From NCBI GenBank assembly GCA_963730935.1, contig CAVSTP010000003.1:320001-384000 (forward strand): 64,000 nucleotides of DNA, read 5' to 3'. A program made the translations under genes and the position numbers. This DNA comes from an uncultured Nitrospiraceae bacterium. GTDB lineage: Bacteria > Nitrospirota > Nitrospiria > Nitrospirales > Nitrospiraceae. Shown here one piece after another: positions 19,401-27,934 of this stretch. The first letter of the stretch is position 1. Each line of letters opens with the position of its first letter. Under the pieces are notes generated by a model, which was not told the DNA's origin, searched no databases, and worked only from the letters and a program-made list of their open reading frames with translations.

Positions 19401-20750
19401 CATCTGCCGAAGGGAAGTCTGGAAGACGCTCTGGTCCGTCTCGAAAGCCAGGGCCAAGTCCTCCGCGGCCAGTTTCGGCCTAGTGGCCAAAATGCGGATT
19501 TCAAATCTCAAATGGCAAATGATGAAGGGCAGACCACGGCGCTTGAGTGGTGTCATCGCCGGCTGCTCGCCCGGATTCATCGCCGCACCGTTGGGAAACT
19601 GCGCAAGGAGATTGAGCCCGTCGCCACGGCGGATTTCATGCGGTTTCTCTTCCAGTGGCAGCATGTCGCGCCTGGTTCCCGCCAACACGGGGAGGCCGGT
19701 TTGCTCGAGGTGGTCAGGCAGCTGGCGGGATTTGAGGTGGCGGCCTCAAGTTGGGACACGCAACTGCTCCGTCTGCGAATGGGCAAATATGAACCTGCAC
19801 TGCTCGACCGCCTATGCCTGAGCGGAGCGGTGAGCTGGGGACGACTGGCGCCTCATCCCAGGCTGATGGACCAAACTGCTCGTGAAGAAGGCCGCCGGAT
19901 TACGCCGACCAGCCTGGCTCCGATCAGCCTTTTCCCTCGTGAAGAGGGCGTATGGCTGCTGGAGGCGTTACGAGACAATTTCGGGACGGGGCCTGAGCCG
20001 TATGCCGCCTTGAGCGCCGTCGCGCGAAACCTTCGACGGGTCTTGGAGGAACGAGGCGCCAGTTTCTTTGCGGACCTCGTAGGATCAACGGGTCATCTGC
20101 CAGCGGAAGTCGAAGAGGCCCTGTGGGAATTGGTGGCCGCCGGATTGGTCACTGCCGACGGGTTCGATAATCTGCGTGCGCTCATGGATCCGCGCCGTCG
20201 TCGGGCCGAAGGTCGTGAGCGCGCGCGCCGGCCGCGCCATGCCGCCGGCCGATGGTCGCTGCTGAGGACGACGAAAACGTCTGTCGCAACAAGCCAAGGC
20301 CAGGCGCATTCGCACTCCGCATTGGCGGAGCGAGGTGCGCGGCAATTGCTACGCCGGTATGGGGTGGTCTTCAGGGATCTGTTGGCTCGCGAAGTACTGG
20401 TGCAGTCTTGGCGCGACTTGCTCGTCGTGTATCGACGGATGGAATTGAAAGGAGAAGTCCGCGGCGGGCGATTCGTCTCTGGTTATGTCGGAGAGCAGTT
20501 TGCCTTGCCGGAAGCCGTTGAGGCGCTCCGGGCCATCAAGAAGCATCCGGGGTCAGCCGCCGGTGTAGAAATCAAGCTCTCCGCTTGTGATCCCTTAAAC
20601 CTCAGCGGCGTGATTCTGCCCGGTCCCCGGGTACCAGCCGTGCCGAGCAACTTCATCGTATTCCGTGATGGCCTGCCCGTTCGCACTGTAACGGCGCGGA
20701 ATGATGACCTTCGCACGCGCGAAGTCGCGCAACTCTCCCATGGGATATAG
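16446..20750 (+). CDS. lhr: Lhr-family ATP-dependent SF2 helicase (long form)
   Basis: APTGSGKT, DEIH, SAT, SLELGID, QRIGRAGH; C-terminal QLLRRYGVVFRD..GEVRGGRFV..GEQFA. Confidence 0.92.
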   Translation: MPLSVFHPLIADWFASSVGTPTDVQVQAWPAIQSGQDALIAAPTGSGKTFAAFLSSIDQLFKQALTCELDDRTQVLYVSPLKALSNDIQKNLRQPLAEIGEAALQAGLLMPELRVLVRTGDTPMADRQQMLKRPPHILVTTPESLFILLTAEKSRRLLQTVRTVIVDEIHAIAPNKRGAHLALSLERLEALTLTKPQRIGLSATQRPIELVAKFLAGDRPLPTVIDVGHKRRMDVGIEVPKDELSAVVTNAIWSDIYDRVAELVRAHRTTLVFVNTRRLAERVSHHLEERLKDLGPGAVAAHHGSLSRQIRLSAEERLKSGTTRVVVATASLELGIDVGTVDLVCQIGSPRAIATCLQRIGRAGHWVRAIPKGRLFATTRDELLECAALIRAMRAGTLDRIWVPPAPLDILAQQLVAAAATQSWSEADLYTLVRRAFPYRELERTEFNRLVRMLAEGISTNRGRGLAYLHHDRIHHTVKGRRGARLAAITSGGAIPDTANYAVVSEPEGTVVGSVDEDFAVESLAGDIILLGNTSWRIKGVEMGRVRVEDAHGAPPNIPFWRGEAPSRTSELSAEVADVRREIAERALNAQHSALHWLIQECGLDARGAQQAVEYVLSGRSVLGTVPTQATIVAERFFDESGGMQLVIHAPFGGRINKAWGLALRKRFCVTFDFELQAAATDNGLVISLGEKHSFPLESVFGYLHSQTVREVLLHAVLAAPMFATRWRWNASRSLALLRFSNGKKVPPQIQRMKAEDLLAAVFPDAIACQDNMTGDRERRIPDHPLVQETLRDCLTEAMDVEGLTQVLQRIEAGEIRCVAVDTPTPSPFSHEILNANPYAFLDDAPLEERRARAVELRRTLPVELAGEVGALDPVAIDEVVRESWPVVRDVDELHDALLSLVWLPGGEVSGWQQFMTELKHSGRAAELTAIDGAHRISGWVAVEHAADVARLLAGDGDERTLDTIVLGWVESIGPTTARELTARLHLPKGSLEDALVRLESQGQVLRGQFRPSGQNADFKSQMANDEGQTTALEWCHRRLLARIHRRTVGKLRKEIEPVATADFMRFLFQWQHVAPGSRQHGEAGLLEVVRQLAGFEVAASSWDTQLLRLRMGKYEPALLDRLCLSGAVSWGRLAPHPRLMDQTAREEGRRITPTSLAPISLFPREEGVWLLEALRDNFGTGPEPYAALSAVARNLRRVLEERGASFFADLVGSTGHLPAEVEEALWELVAAGLVTADGFDNLRALMDPRRRRAEGRERARRPRHAAGRWSLLRTTKTSVATSQGQAHSHSALAERGARQLLRRYGVVFRDLLAREVLVQSWRDLLVVYRRMELKGEVRGGRFVSGYVGEQFALPEAVEALRAIKKHPGSAAGVEIKLSACDPLNLSGVILPGPRVPAVPSNFIVFRDGLPVRTVTARNDDLRTREVAQLSHGI

Positions 20751-20782
20751 ATTCGGTCCGCGATGCAATTCTGAGCCGCCGG

Positions 20783-21181
20783 TCAACGGGATACAGTGGC
20801 TGCTGGCGACGGATTTGTCACGAGCAGCGCAAGGGTCTCTTGGGGATTGCTCTGGTGCTCCATCATCAATGGATAGCGGGACTGCGCATGGGCGTAAAAT
20901 GATGCTCGCCGATCTTGCGGGATCCCCATCAGCGTGCTTAAGGAAGCAAGATACTCGCCTTGTCCATTTGCCATGTCTTGCTTGAGGTTCTCGAAGTTAA
21001 ACGCCATGAAGGCATTGACCCTTTGATCTTCCTTGACCAGGCCATCCTCTGTGAACCACGATCTTCCGGATGTGGAGGAGAGAAAATTGTTGATCGTTTC
21101 GGTAATACTGCAGGCTGAGAGAGAGAGAACCAGCGCTGCGGCACCGAAGAGAAGCGTCAGTATGTGTCTTGGTTGTCCCAT
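20783..21181 (-). CDS. DUF3015-like lipoprotein
   Basis: AGGAGG RBS; lipobox LSAC; NFENLKQDMANGQGEYLASL. Confidence 0.78.
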   Translation of the reverse strand: MGQPRHILTLLFGAAALVLSLSACSITETINNFLSSTSGRSWFTEDGLVKEDQRVNAFMAFNFENLKQDMANGQGEYLASLSTLMGIPQDRRASFYAHAQSRYPLMMEHQSNPQETLALLVTNPSPAATVSR

Positions 21182-21345
21182 GGCCGCCTCCTGATTGGTG
21201 ATTGATCAGATGTGAGCCTTACTCTAGAGCAGACAGTGAGGAAGGATCAAGTCACTGTCTGTTCATGAGGACAAGGGGCGCCCCGAGTTGCCTCAGGCAC
21301 ACAGCGTGGAAAGGATAGACACTTTCCACGCGGCAGCAGGATTAT

Positions 21346-23559
21346 TCAATTATTCCATAACCGCTGATACCACTTTTTCTCGTCACTCGTCGGCCGGGCG
21401 GCGAGATTCATGGCCTTCCGGATCTCACTGATATTCCAGCCGGTCAGCGTCGCCACTGTCTGTGCCTGTCGTTCATAACGGCCATGTAGCTGTTCGCGAT
21501 AAGTCGCAGCCGCGGCGCAGTCGTCCTGTCCGGCCCAGGGGTGACGGAGAATATACCGGACCTGGAAATTTGCTCGATCGGAGGTTTCCTGAAACAACAG
21601 GTCTTCCGGAAAATGCCCCTCGTCATAGCGGACATGGAGGCGCGTCAGAAACACATTCTGTGCCTGCGGGGCCCTGCCGGGACGGCCGTGGGGCTCCAGC
21701 CAGAACACGCCGAGACTCCGGAGCTCTTCCCCTGAAAGCGGATCTGCCGCGCAGGGGTCGCACCAGGTCATATCCCAGGCATATTCCAGGAACACGCCGC
21801 GGTGCTGTTCTCGCTTCACTTGCTGGGCAAACAGGTCGCGGTAGAAGTCGCCGAATCGGTCTTTGACGTACAGCGGAATTTCTTGCGCCTCCGGCACGCG
21901 CACCGTGCGATAGTTCGTGGTTTCGACCCTCCCTTGCCTCGTGAGGAAGTACACGAACAGTTCTTGAGGGCCGTCTGCATTGACGGTTCCCAAGCGGATC
22001 GGCAGCATGAATCTCGGCGACTCGAACGCGATCTGAAGCGGCCGCAAATGGGTGAGGCCCAGCTTCGCCTGTTCGCCCAGATTGACCTTCGCAACGAAGA
22101 ATTTGAGGTTCTGTCTGATGTAACTGTGCAGCACCGAAGAGGCGCCTTTGGGAATGCGGTACCCGTTCTCAGTGAGCCAGGTTTCGAGTCCGGCGCTCTC
22201 GTGTGCCGAGAGGATGAGAATGTCGTATTCACCGACGGTGTATTGCGCCTCTACCGTCACGCCGAGCGCCTTTTCCCGCTCGCGCTGGAGCGAGGGACTC
22301 GATTTGGCCATCAAGTCCATGGCCCGGCTTTCGGGGTAGAGCGCCTGGCAGGGGTTGGCATCGAAGTACTCGACAAGCCTTGGAGCGGAATAGTCAGCCA
22401 GATGCTTCAGCACCGCTGCATCGCCGACATGGATCTGCGTCTTCTCGAGCACAGTCGGCACGGGTACGACCAGCGCAAATTCTTTCACGTCACCCTTGAA
22501 GTCGTTTGCCATCGTGATGACCGTTTTGTCCTCAGCCCTGGCAATGGCCACCTCGGACGCCTTATTGAAAAGTTTACTGTCGGCCTTTGCGACGTAGAAG
22601 CCGCAGAACGCCGAGGCCGACCCGCTCCAAACAAGTAGGCCGGTCATGAGCGACAGCACACAGACGAGCGGACGTGTCATAACAACCTCCTTTGGTAAGG
22701 TAATTGACATTCTGAGCGGAACCGGCACGTGACCGTCAGATGGACGTGTCCAGTCGTAGCGCGAGCCCGGGAAACACCGATCGATCAATGGCACGAGCGG
22801 CGAGCAGATAAGCAAAGCCCAGAGCGGGCCGTGGGGACGAAACAGGACAAGCTGCACGCATAGCGCAGCCAGCGCCACCAACAAGGTGAAGAGGAGGCGG
22901 CCTGTGCGGGAGTCCGGCGTGGTCTTCGGGTCGGTGATCATGAAGAACGAGAAGATGAGGAGTGTGCCGCTCTCAACTTGATGCAAGGGAATCGAGAGCG
23001 GATCGCCGAGCCATAGCGCCCGTGTGATCAAGAGACCGACGTAAAAGCCGAGAAACGACAGCGTCACGTCCGCCCGCATCGCGCGGGTGACGACGAGGCT
23101 GCCAAGACAGGCGATGAGAAATCCGAGCCAGGCCGCTTGTCCCCATTGACCGGGAGAGATCCAGCCCAGGCCGCCGGTCATCACGGCGAGCAGCGCCAGA
23201 TTGGTGGGATTGAAGATATGTTTGTTATGCCAACGGATCGTGAACTTGCTCGCAATCGCGATGCCTGCGCCCAGGGCCGCCACGGCCAGATAGTTCGTGC
23301 GCAGAAAAATGCAGAGTCCGACGGCCGAAACGATCGCGCTCAGCGGGTCGAACGCCGGCAGCTTATACAGGCGGGTCCCAGCATATTGGGTCAGGAGCGC
23401 CGTCCCGAACGTTAAGGCAATCTGGAAGATCGAGACGTCGAAGTGCAGCCACAGCAGGCCGTACGCAAGCAGGGTACCGAGGCTTGCGATCTGGTACAAG
23501 CGGGGATCGAAGGAGCGAAAGCGAGAGCTGACACGCTCAACTAGACGATCGCAGTTCAT
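21346..23559 (-). CDS. RnfD/NqrB-like membrane domain in frame with a DUF2330 domain (second start at 22680)
   Basis: HIFNPTN and FFMITDPKTTP in the N-half; AFCGFYVA, YSAPRLVEY and CDPC in the C-half; internal AAAGGAGG RBS before ATG 22680. Confidence 0.8.
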   Translation of the reverse strand: MNCDRLVERVSSRFRSFDPRLYQIASLGTLLAYGLLWLHFDVSIFQIALTFGTALLTQYAGTRLYKLPAFDPLSAIVSAVGLCIFLRTNYLAVAALGAGIAIASKFTIRWHNKHIFNPTNLALLAVMTGGLGWISPGQWGQAAWLGFLIACLGSLVVTRAMRADVTLSFLGFYVGLLITRALWLGDPLSIPLHQVESGTLLIFSFFMITDPKTTPDSRTGRLLFTLLVALAALCVQLVLFRPHGPLWALLICSPLVPLIDRCFPGSRYDWTRPSDGHVPVPLRMSITLPKEVVMTRPLVCVLSLMTGLLVWSGSASAFCGFYVAKADSKLFNKASEVAIARAEDKTVITMANDFKGDVKEFALVVPVPTVLEKTQIHVGDAAVLKHLADYSAPRLVEYFDANPCQALYPESRAMDLMAKSSPSLQREREKALGVTVEAQYTVGEYDILILSAHESAGLETWLTENGYRIPKGASSVLHSYIRQNLKFFVAKVNLGEQAKLGLTHLRPLQIAFESPRFMLPIRLGTVNADGPQELFVYFLTRQGRVETTNYRTVRVPEAQEIPLYVKDRFGDFYRDLFAQQVKREQHRGVFLEYAWDMTWCDPCAADPLSGEELRSLGVFWLEPHGRPGRAPQAQNVFLTRLHVRYDEGHFPEDLLFQETSDRANFQVRYILRHPWAGQDDCAAAATYREQLHGRYERQAQTVATLTGWNISEIRKAMNLAARPTSDEKKWYQRLWNN

Positions 23560-23680
23560 CCGGCACCTCGTGAGTGGGACGTCTATCCGTTCTTACTCAC
23601 GGTATGGCGCCAGCCAACGAATCCTTTCACGGCTGGAACGAAAACATTTTGCGAGCTGCAAAGCGTCTGAGCATGATGTG

Positions 23681-23709
23681 TTGACAAGTGCTGGCGGGGA
23701 CGTAAGAAT
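23681..23709 (+). promoter_or_regulatory. Probable sigma-70 promoter of sugE/gdx
   Basis: TTGACA-17 nt-AAGAAT. Confidence 0.45.
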
Positions 23710-23763
23710 CGCGCGCCTGCTGTCCACCTCTGTGCTTGCTATGGTGCGTGAAAGGAATTCTCT

Positions 23764-24084
23764 ATGGCGTGGGGCATATTGTTTCTTGCGGGGCTGTTTG
23801 AGACCGGTTGGGCGATCGGGTTGAAATATACGGATGGGTTCACGCGTCTGTGGCCCACGGTGTGGACCGTATTCGCGATGATCATCAGCCTGTGGCTTTT
23901 GGGTATCGCGGTGAAGACACTTCCCGTCGGAACGGCTTACAGCGTGTGGGTCGGCGTGGGGGCAGTCGGTACTGTGGCGCTGGGGATTGCACTTTTGGGG
24001 GAACCTGCGAATGCCGCGCGGTTGATCAGCGTGGGGCTGATCATTGCGGGCATCATCGGACTGAAATTGGCCACGCCGGCGTAG
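23764..24084 (+). CDS. sugE: SMR-family transporter, SugE/Gdx (guanidinium exporter) subtype
   Basis: [44 protein letters not shown]. Confidence 0.9.
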   Translation: MAWGILFLAGLFETGWAIGLKYTDGFTRLWPTVWTVFAMIISLWLLGIAVKTLPVGTAYSVWVGVGAVGTVALGIALLGEPANAARLISVGLIIAGIIGLKLATPA

Positions 24085-24119
24085 TGTTCCCGTGCGTCCG
24101 GCACCGGGCAGCAGACTCG

Positions 24120-24386
24120 TTACTCGGCTCGCGCTTTCATCTCCTTGGTTTTGCCTTTGACACGTTCGCCGCCGCCTTTCACGTTGCCCTTCGCCCGCTC
24201 CATTTCAGCCTTCGTTTTGTTGCCCTTCGCTTCTTCCGTGAGGGCCTTGGCCTCGCCTTTGGCTTCCTGGTAGTCCGCCTTCATCTCACCGTTGGCTTTT
24301 TCCGTCTTGGCCTTCGTTTCACCGGCGACAGCCGCCACACCCGTGCCGCCTACGATGGCCATCCCGATCAGTGTGATCACGAACAT
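24120..24386 (-). CDS. Small exported Lys/Ala/Glu-rich protein (CsbD/LEA-like)
   Basis: Signal peptide followed by AKG repeats; AAGGAGG at 24400-24406. Confidence 0.7.
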   Translation of the reverse strand: MFVITLIGMAIVGGTGVAAVAGETKAKTEKANGEMKADYQEAKGEAKALTEEAKGNKTKAEMERAKGNVKGGGERVKGKTKEMKARAE

Positions 24387-24496
24387 TCTTCGGATAGCGC
24401 CTCCTTGAAATGATAAACCGTCTCTTCTGATCTAAGCGCGCTTCCTCGCAGGCCGTACTGGAATCTTCCCTAGGAATAAGGTGGGAGAAGGCCTGA

Positions 24497-26086
24497 TTAT
24501 GCTCGTTGAGCCTGGAAGAGCTCGGTCACTGTTTGAATCGTGTCGGCCTCGTGAGCCGACTTGTCGGGCCGGTAACGTTTCACGCGGGCGAAGCGGAGGG
24601 CGAGTCCGGCGGGATAGCGCGGAGATTCCTGGATGTCGCTGAAGGCGATCTCGACGACCAGTTCAGGCCGAACGAACACGGTCTGGTCTTCACGGCGAGT
24701 TTCCAGGCCTAGCAGCTGTTCGGTCTGCAGGCGCAGCATGTCATCGGTCAGTCCCTTGAAGGTTTTTCCCAGCATCACGAATTGGCCGGTGACCGGATCG
24801 TGCGCGCCGAGATGTAGATTCGACAGCCAGCCTTGCCGACGACCGTTGCCCCATTCGGCTGCGAGAACGACTAAGTCAAGGGTGGTGGCTTCCTTCACCT
24901 TGAGCCAATGAAACCCTCGCTGCCCCGCAATGTAAGGAGCCGCAAGCGATTTGGCCATGACGCCTTCGTGGCCAGCCGCTAGGGATTGGGCCAAGAAGTG
25001 CCGGGCTTCTTCCGGCTGGGATGTGATCAGACGTGGGATTGCGGCCTCCGGTGCGATGGATGCCAGGAGGCTCGTGCGGTCTTCATAGGAAGAAGTCAGC
25101 AGCGACTTGCCGTCCACATACAACGCGTCGAACACGAATGGCGACAAGGGAATGGATTCCCGCATGGCTGCAACGTCTTTAATCCGTCCCAGTCGGCGCA
25201 TCGTGATCTGAAAGGGCTCAGGCCTGCCGTCTGGCCGCAGGGCGATCGCTTCACCGTCCAGGACCGTCTCCCGCACTGGGAGGTGGCGCGCCCACTCGAC
25301 CAGCTCCGGCAGCCGTCCCGTGACATCTTGGAGTTGTCGCGTGAAGAGCCGCACATCGTCGCCGCCCTTGTGGACCTGGATGCGGGCCCCGTCCAGCTTG
25401 TATTCAAAGGCGGCGTTTTGGAGACGCTCGAGCGCGGCGTCAATGTCCTCGGCGCTCGTGGCCAGCATCGGCGCCACGGGAACAAACAGGCGCAGCGAGT
25501 AGCGTCCGAGACCCGCTGCTCCTTCCGTGAGGACGGCCTGCGCCAGATCTCCAAGATGGGGGGCGAACATGAAGGCCTGTCGGACATCGGCCGGCGGCAG
25601 TCCGGAGGCCGCCGCAATCGCGTCGAGGAGGACGCCTTCGAGCGCCCCCTGTCTGAGTTCCCCGATGAGCAGTTGTGAGAGAAACCGGCGCTCGTTCGGA
25701 TGCGCGCGGTTGAAGAGGTCTCTCAGTTCGGCGATGCGTCGCTCGGTAGAACCGGTCCCGCGCTCGGCGGCCAGCCGGTCCAGCGCCTTGTCCACGTCGC
25801 TCAGGGTGAGCGGCTCGCCGGCTGGAGGACCCGGGAAAGGCGTGCTTCCGAGCACACCGGGGTGGGTGGGTGAGAAAGAGGGAGCCTCCTGCATCGCGTG
25901 TTGAATGAGATTCCACCCGATGCCGATCTTGCCTTGCGGCAGAGAGCCGCTGAGGTACAGTGCCGTCAGCACTGCCTCGTGCCCGCTCGTCGCACGCAGG
26001 GTCTCGGCGAGGACGCGGATTTTTTCAGATTTCTTGGTGGTCGAGCGGACTTGCTCCACCGCTTCCACTAGGCGGGCGAGCTCCAT
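24497..26086 (-). CDS. ATP-dependent DNA ligase (LigB-like)
   Basis: EYKLDGAR motif I, LDGE, FVFD, EGVMAK, WLKVK, ALRFAR. Confidence 0.94.
   Translation of the reverse strand: MELARLVEAVEQVRSTTKKSEKIRVLAETLRATSGHEAVLTALYLSGSLPQGKIGIGWNLIQHAMQEAPSFSPTHPGVLGSTPFPGPPAGEPLTLSDVDKALDRLAAERGTGSTERRIAELRDLFNRAHPNERRFLSQLLIGELRQGALEGVLLDAIAAASGLPPADVRQAFMFAPHLGDLAQAVLTEGAAGLGRYSLRLFVPVAPMLATSAEDIDAALERLQNAAFEYKLDGARIQVHKGGDDVRLFTRQLQDVTGRLPELVEWARHLPVRETVLDGEAIALRPDGRPEPFQITMRRLGRIKDVAAMRESIPLSPFVFDALYVDGKSLLTSSYEDRTSLLASIAPEAAIPRLITSQPEEARHFLAQSLAAGHEGVMAKSLAAPYIAGQRGFHWLKVKEATTLDLVVLAAEWGNGRRQGWLSNLHLGAHDPVTGQFVMLGKTFKGLTDDMLRLQTEQLLGLETRREDQTVFVRPELVVEIAFSDIQESPRYPAGLALRFARVKRYRPDKSAHEADTIQTVTELFQAQRA
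25832..25876 (-). repeat. Dispersed repeat copy lying in frame inside the ligase gene
   Basis: TTCTCACCCACCCACCCCGG..CCTTTCCCG aligns with 40722-40766. Confidence 0.7.
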
Positions 26087-26375
26087 GCTTCATTATAAAG
26101 GACAAATGCAGCGGGACGTGCAGGGTCGACGCGCACTGCTTACTGAGGTCCAGCGAGGATACTCATCACCCCCCCCTTCCTCAGCCGCACCAGGAATCCA
26201 CGAGCGCATGGTCGTAGAGGTCGGGGCCCTAACTTGCCGATGCGAGCGGCGCTTGCTCATCGTAGCAAGCGCGAAGACTGCGATGTGTGAGCCGTTGCGG
26301 CGAGTTTGCAAGCTTCAGCGAGCAAGGCTTAGTTGGGTGACCTGAAGACTTGGCGCTGAGCGGGCGCTGGGGCGG

Positions 26376-27827
26376 CTATTCCACTTCCTGTAGTTTAATC
26401 AGATTCGTTCCTCCCGGCTGCCCGATCTGCGTTCCCGAGAGGACGACGATGCGCTCACCGGTCTTGGCCAATCCTTCTGCTTTGAGCCGGCGTTCGGCTT
26501 CGTGGACGCGCTCATCGGTTTGAGCGATCTGCTGCATGGTATGGGGCTGCACGCCCCAATAGAGCGCCATCTGCCGGCGCACGGGTTCAAACGGCGTAAA
26601 GGCGATGATCGGCGCTACGGGGCGCTGTTTAGAGATCAAGCGGGCGGTGTTTCCAAGTTCACTGAAGGCAACAATCGCGGTGGCCGTCGTGGCCGCTGCG
26701 GCGGACGATGCCGCGGTGCAGATGGCTTCCGGAAGCGTCATGTCGCCGAAGTCGCCCTGACGTTTCAACACTACGCCTGGCTCGCATCCTTCCTCGGCAG
26801 CTCGAATGATGCGATCCATGACTTGGACCGTTTCAACCGGATGGGCGCCGATCGCCGTTTCAGCCGACAACATGACGGCGTCTGTGCCGTCGAAGACCGC
26901 ATTGGCGACATCGGACGCTTCCGCTCGCGTCGGACGCAAATGCTGCGTCATGGACTCCAACATCTGGGTGGCCGTAATGACCAGCCGGCGGCGGCGATTG
27001 GCCTCCGCGATGATGCGCTTCTGGAGCAGAGGAACGGCTTCCGGACCCATTTCGACACCGAGGTCGCCGCGCGCGATCATCACGCCGTCGGCCTCTTCCA
27101 AAATGGCCTCAAGGCAGGTGATGGCCTCCTGCCGTTCGACTTTCGCAATAACCGGGATGCTGCCGCCGCGTCCCGCGATGAGTGTTTTTGCAGCACGAAC
27201 ATCGTCGGCCCCGCGGACAAACGACAGCGCGACATAATCGACGCCTTGCTCGACCCCGAATCGAATGTCCTCCCGGTCTTTGTCGGTCAGCGTCGGTGCG
27301 CTGACGCGTGTGCCGGGCAGATTAATGCCCTTGTGAGACGTAACCGTCCCTCCAACGACCACATGGCAGTCCAGATGGCCTCCGCTGATCTGTTCGACGG
27401 CCAGCTCGATGAGGCCGTCGTTGATGAGGATGCGGGCGCCAGGCCTCACATCCCTGGCCAGGTGCTGATAGGTGACGGGAATTTCCTGAACGCTGGAAGA
27501 CGAAATCGATTGATGGCCAAGTTGTCCGCCGGATCGCCCCAACACCGTCTGCAGTCGCACGGACTGGTGTCCACGCAGCACGATCCCGCCTTCGGCGATC
27601 TCGCCGACACGGATCCTCGGTCCTTGGAGATCTTGAATGATCGCGACGGGAGCCCGACAGTGGTCGGCCGCTTCGCGAATGGTCTTGATGGCAGCGGCAT
27701 GCGAAGCATGCGTGCCGTGGGAAAAGTTCAGGCGGGCGGCGTTCATGCCCTGTTCGATCAACCGGATTACTGTGTTCAAGTGATCGCTGGCGGGCCCGAT
27801 CGTACAAACGATTTTCGCTTTACGCAT
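26376..27827 (-). CDS. pyk: Pyruvate kinase
   Basis: KIVCTIGPAS, RLNFSHG, DLQGPRIR, MIARGDLGVE, ATQMLESM, PTRAEASDVAN. Confidence 0.97.
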   Translation of the reverse strand: MRKAKIVCTIGPASDHLNTVIRLIEQGMNAARLNFSHGTHASHAAAIKTIREAADHCRAPVAIIQDLQGPRIRVGEIAEGGIVLRGHQSVRLQTVLGRSGGQLGHQSISSSSVQEIPVTYQHLARDVRPGARILINDGLIELAVEQISGGHLDCHVVVGGTVTSHKGINLPGTRVSAPTLTDKDREDIRFGVEQGVDYVALSFVRGADDVRAAKTLIAGRGGSIPVIAKVERQEAITCLEAILEEADGVMIARGDLGVEMGPEAVPLLQKRIIAEANRRRRLVITATQMLESMTQHLRPTRAEASDVANAVFDGTDAVMLSAETAIGAHPVETVQVMDRIIRAAEEGCEPGVVLKRQGDFGDMTLPEAICTAASSAAAATTATAIVAFSELGNTARLISKQRPVAPIIAFTPFEPVRRQMALYWGVQPHTMQQIAQTDERVHEAERRLKAEGLAKTGERIVVLSGTQIGQPGGTNLIKLQEVE

Positions 27828-27934
27828 CTGAGTTCCTCAGGTATTGACAAGAGAAGCACAGAGGTCCAAAAGATGCTACAGGAACATGTCATACTCGCCG
27901 GAAGACGCAGCAGCCGGCGTACTAGTGAGGGAGC

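Noticed and set aside
21266..21284. Guanidine-III riboswitch (GGACAAG..GCGC resemblance)
   Set aside because: 5' half is missing, it is 2.5 kb from sugE, and it is antisense to the flanking genes
16446..26086. Lhr-ligase-nuclease DNA repair cluster
   Set aside because: Genes are on opposite strands, separated by unrelated genes; the metallophosphoesterase and MBL nuclease partners are absent
26087..26375. ncRNA in the ligase-pyk spacer
   Set aside because: Only one 9-bp hairpin (GCGCTTGCT/AGCAAGCGC) was found; not enough to call
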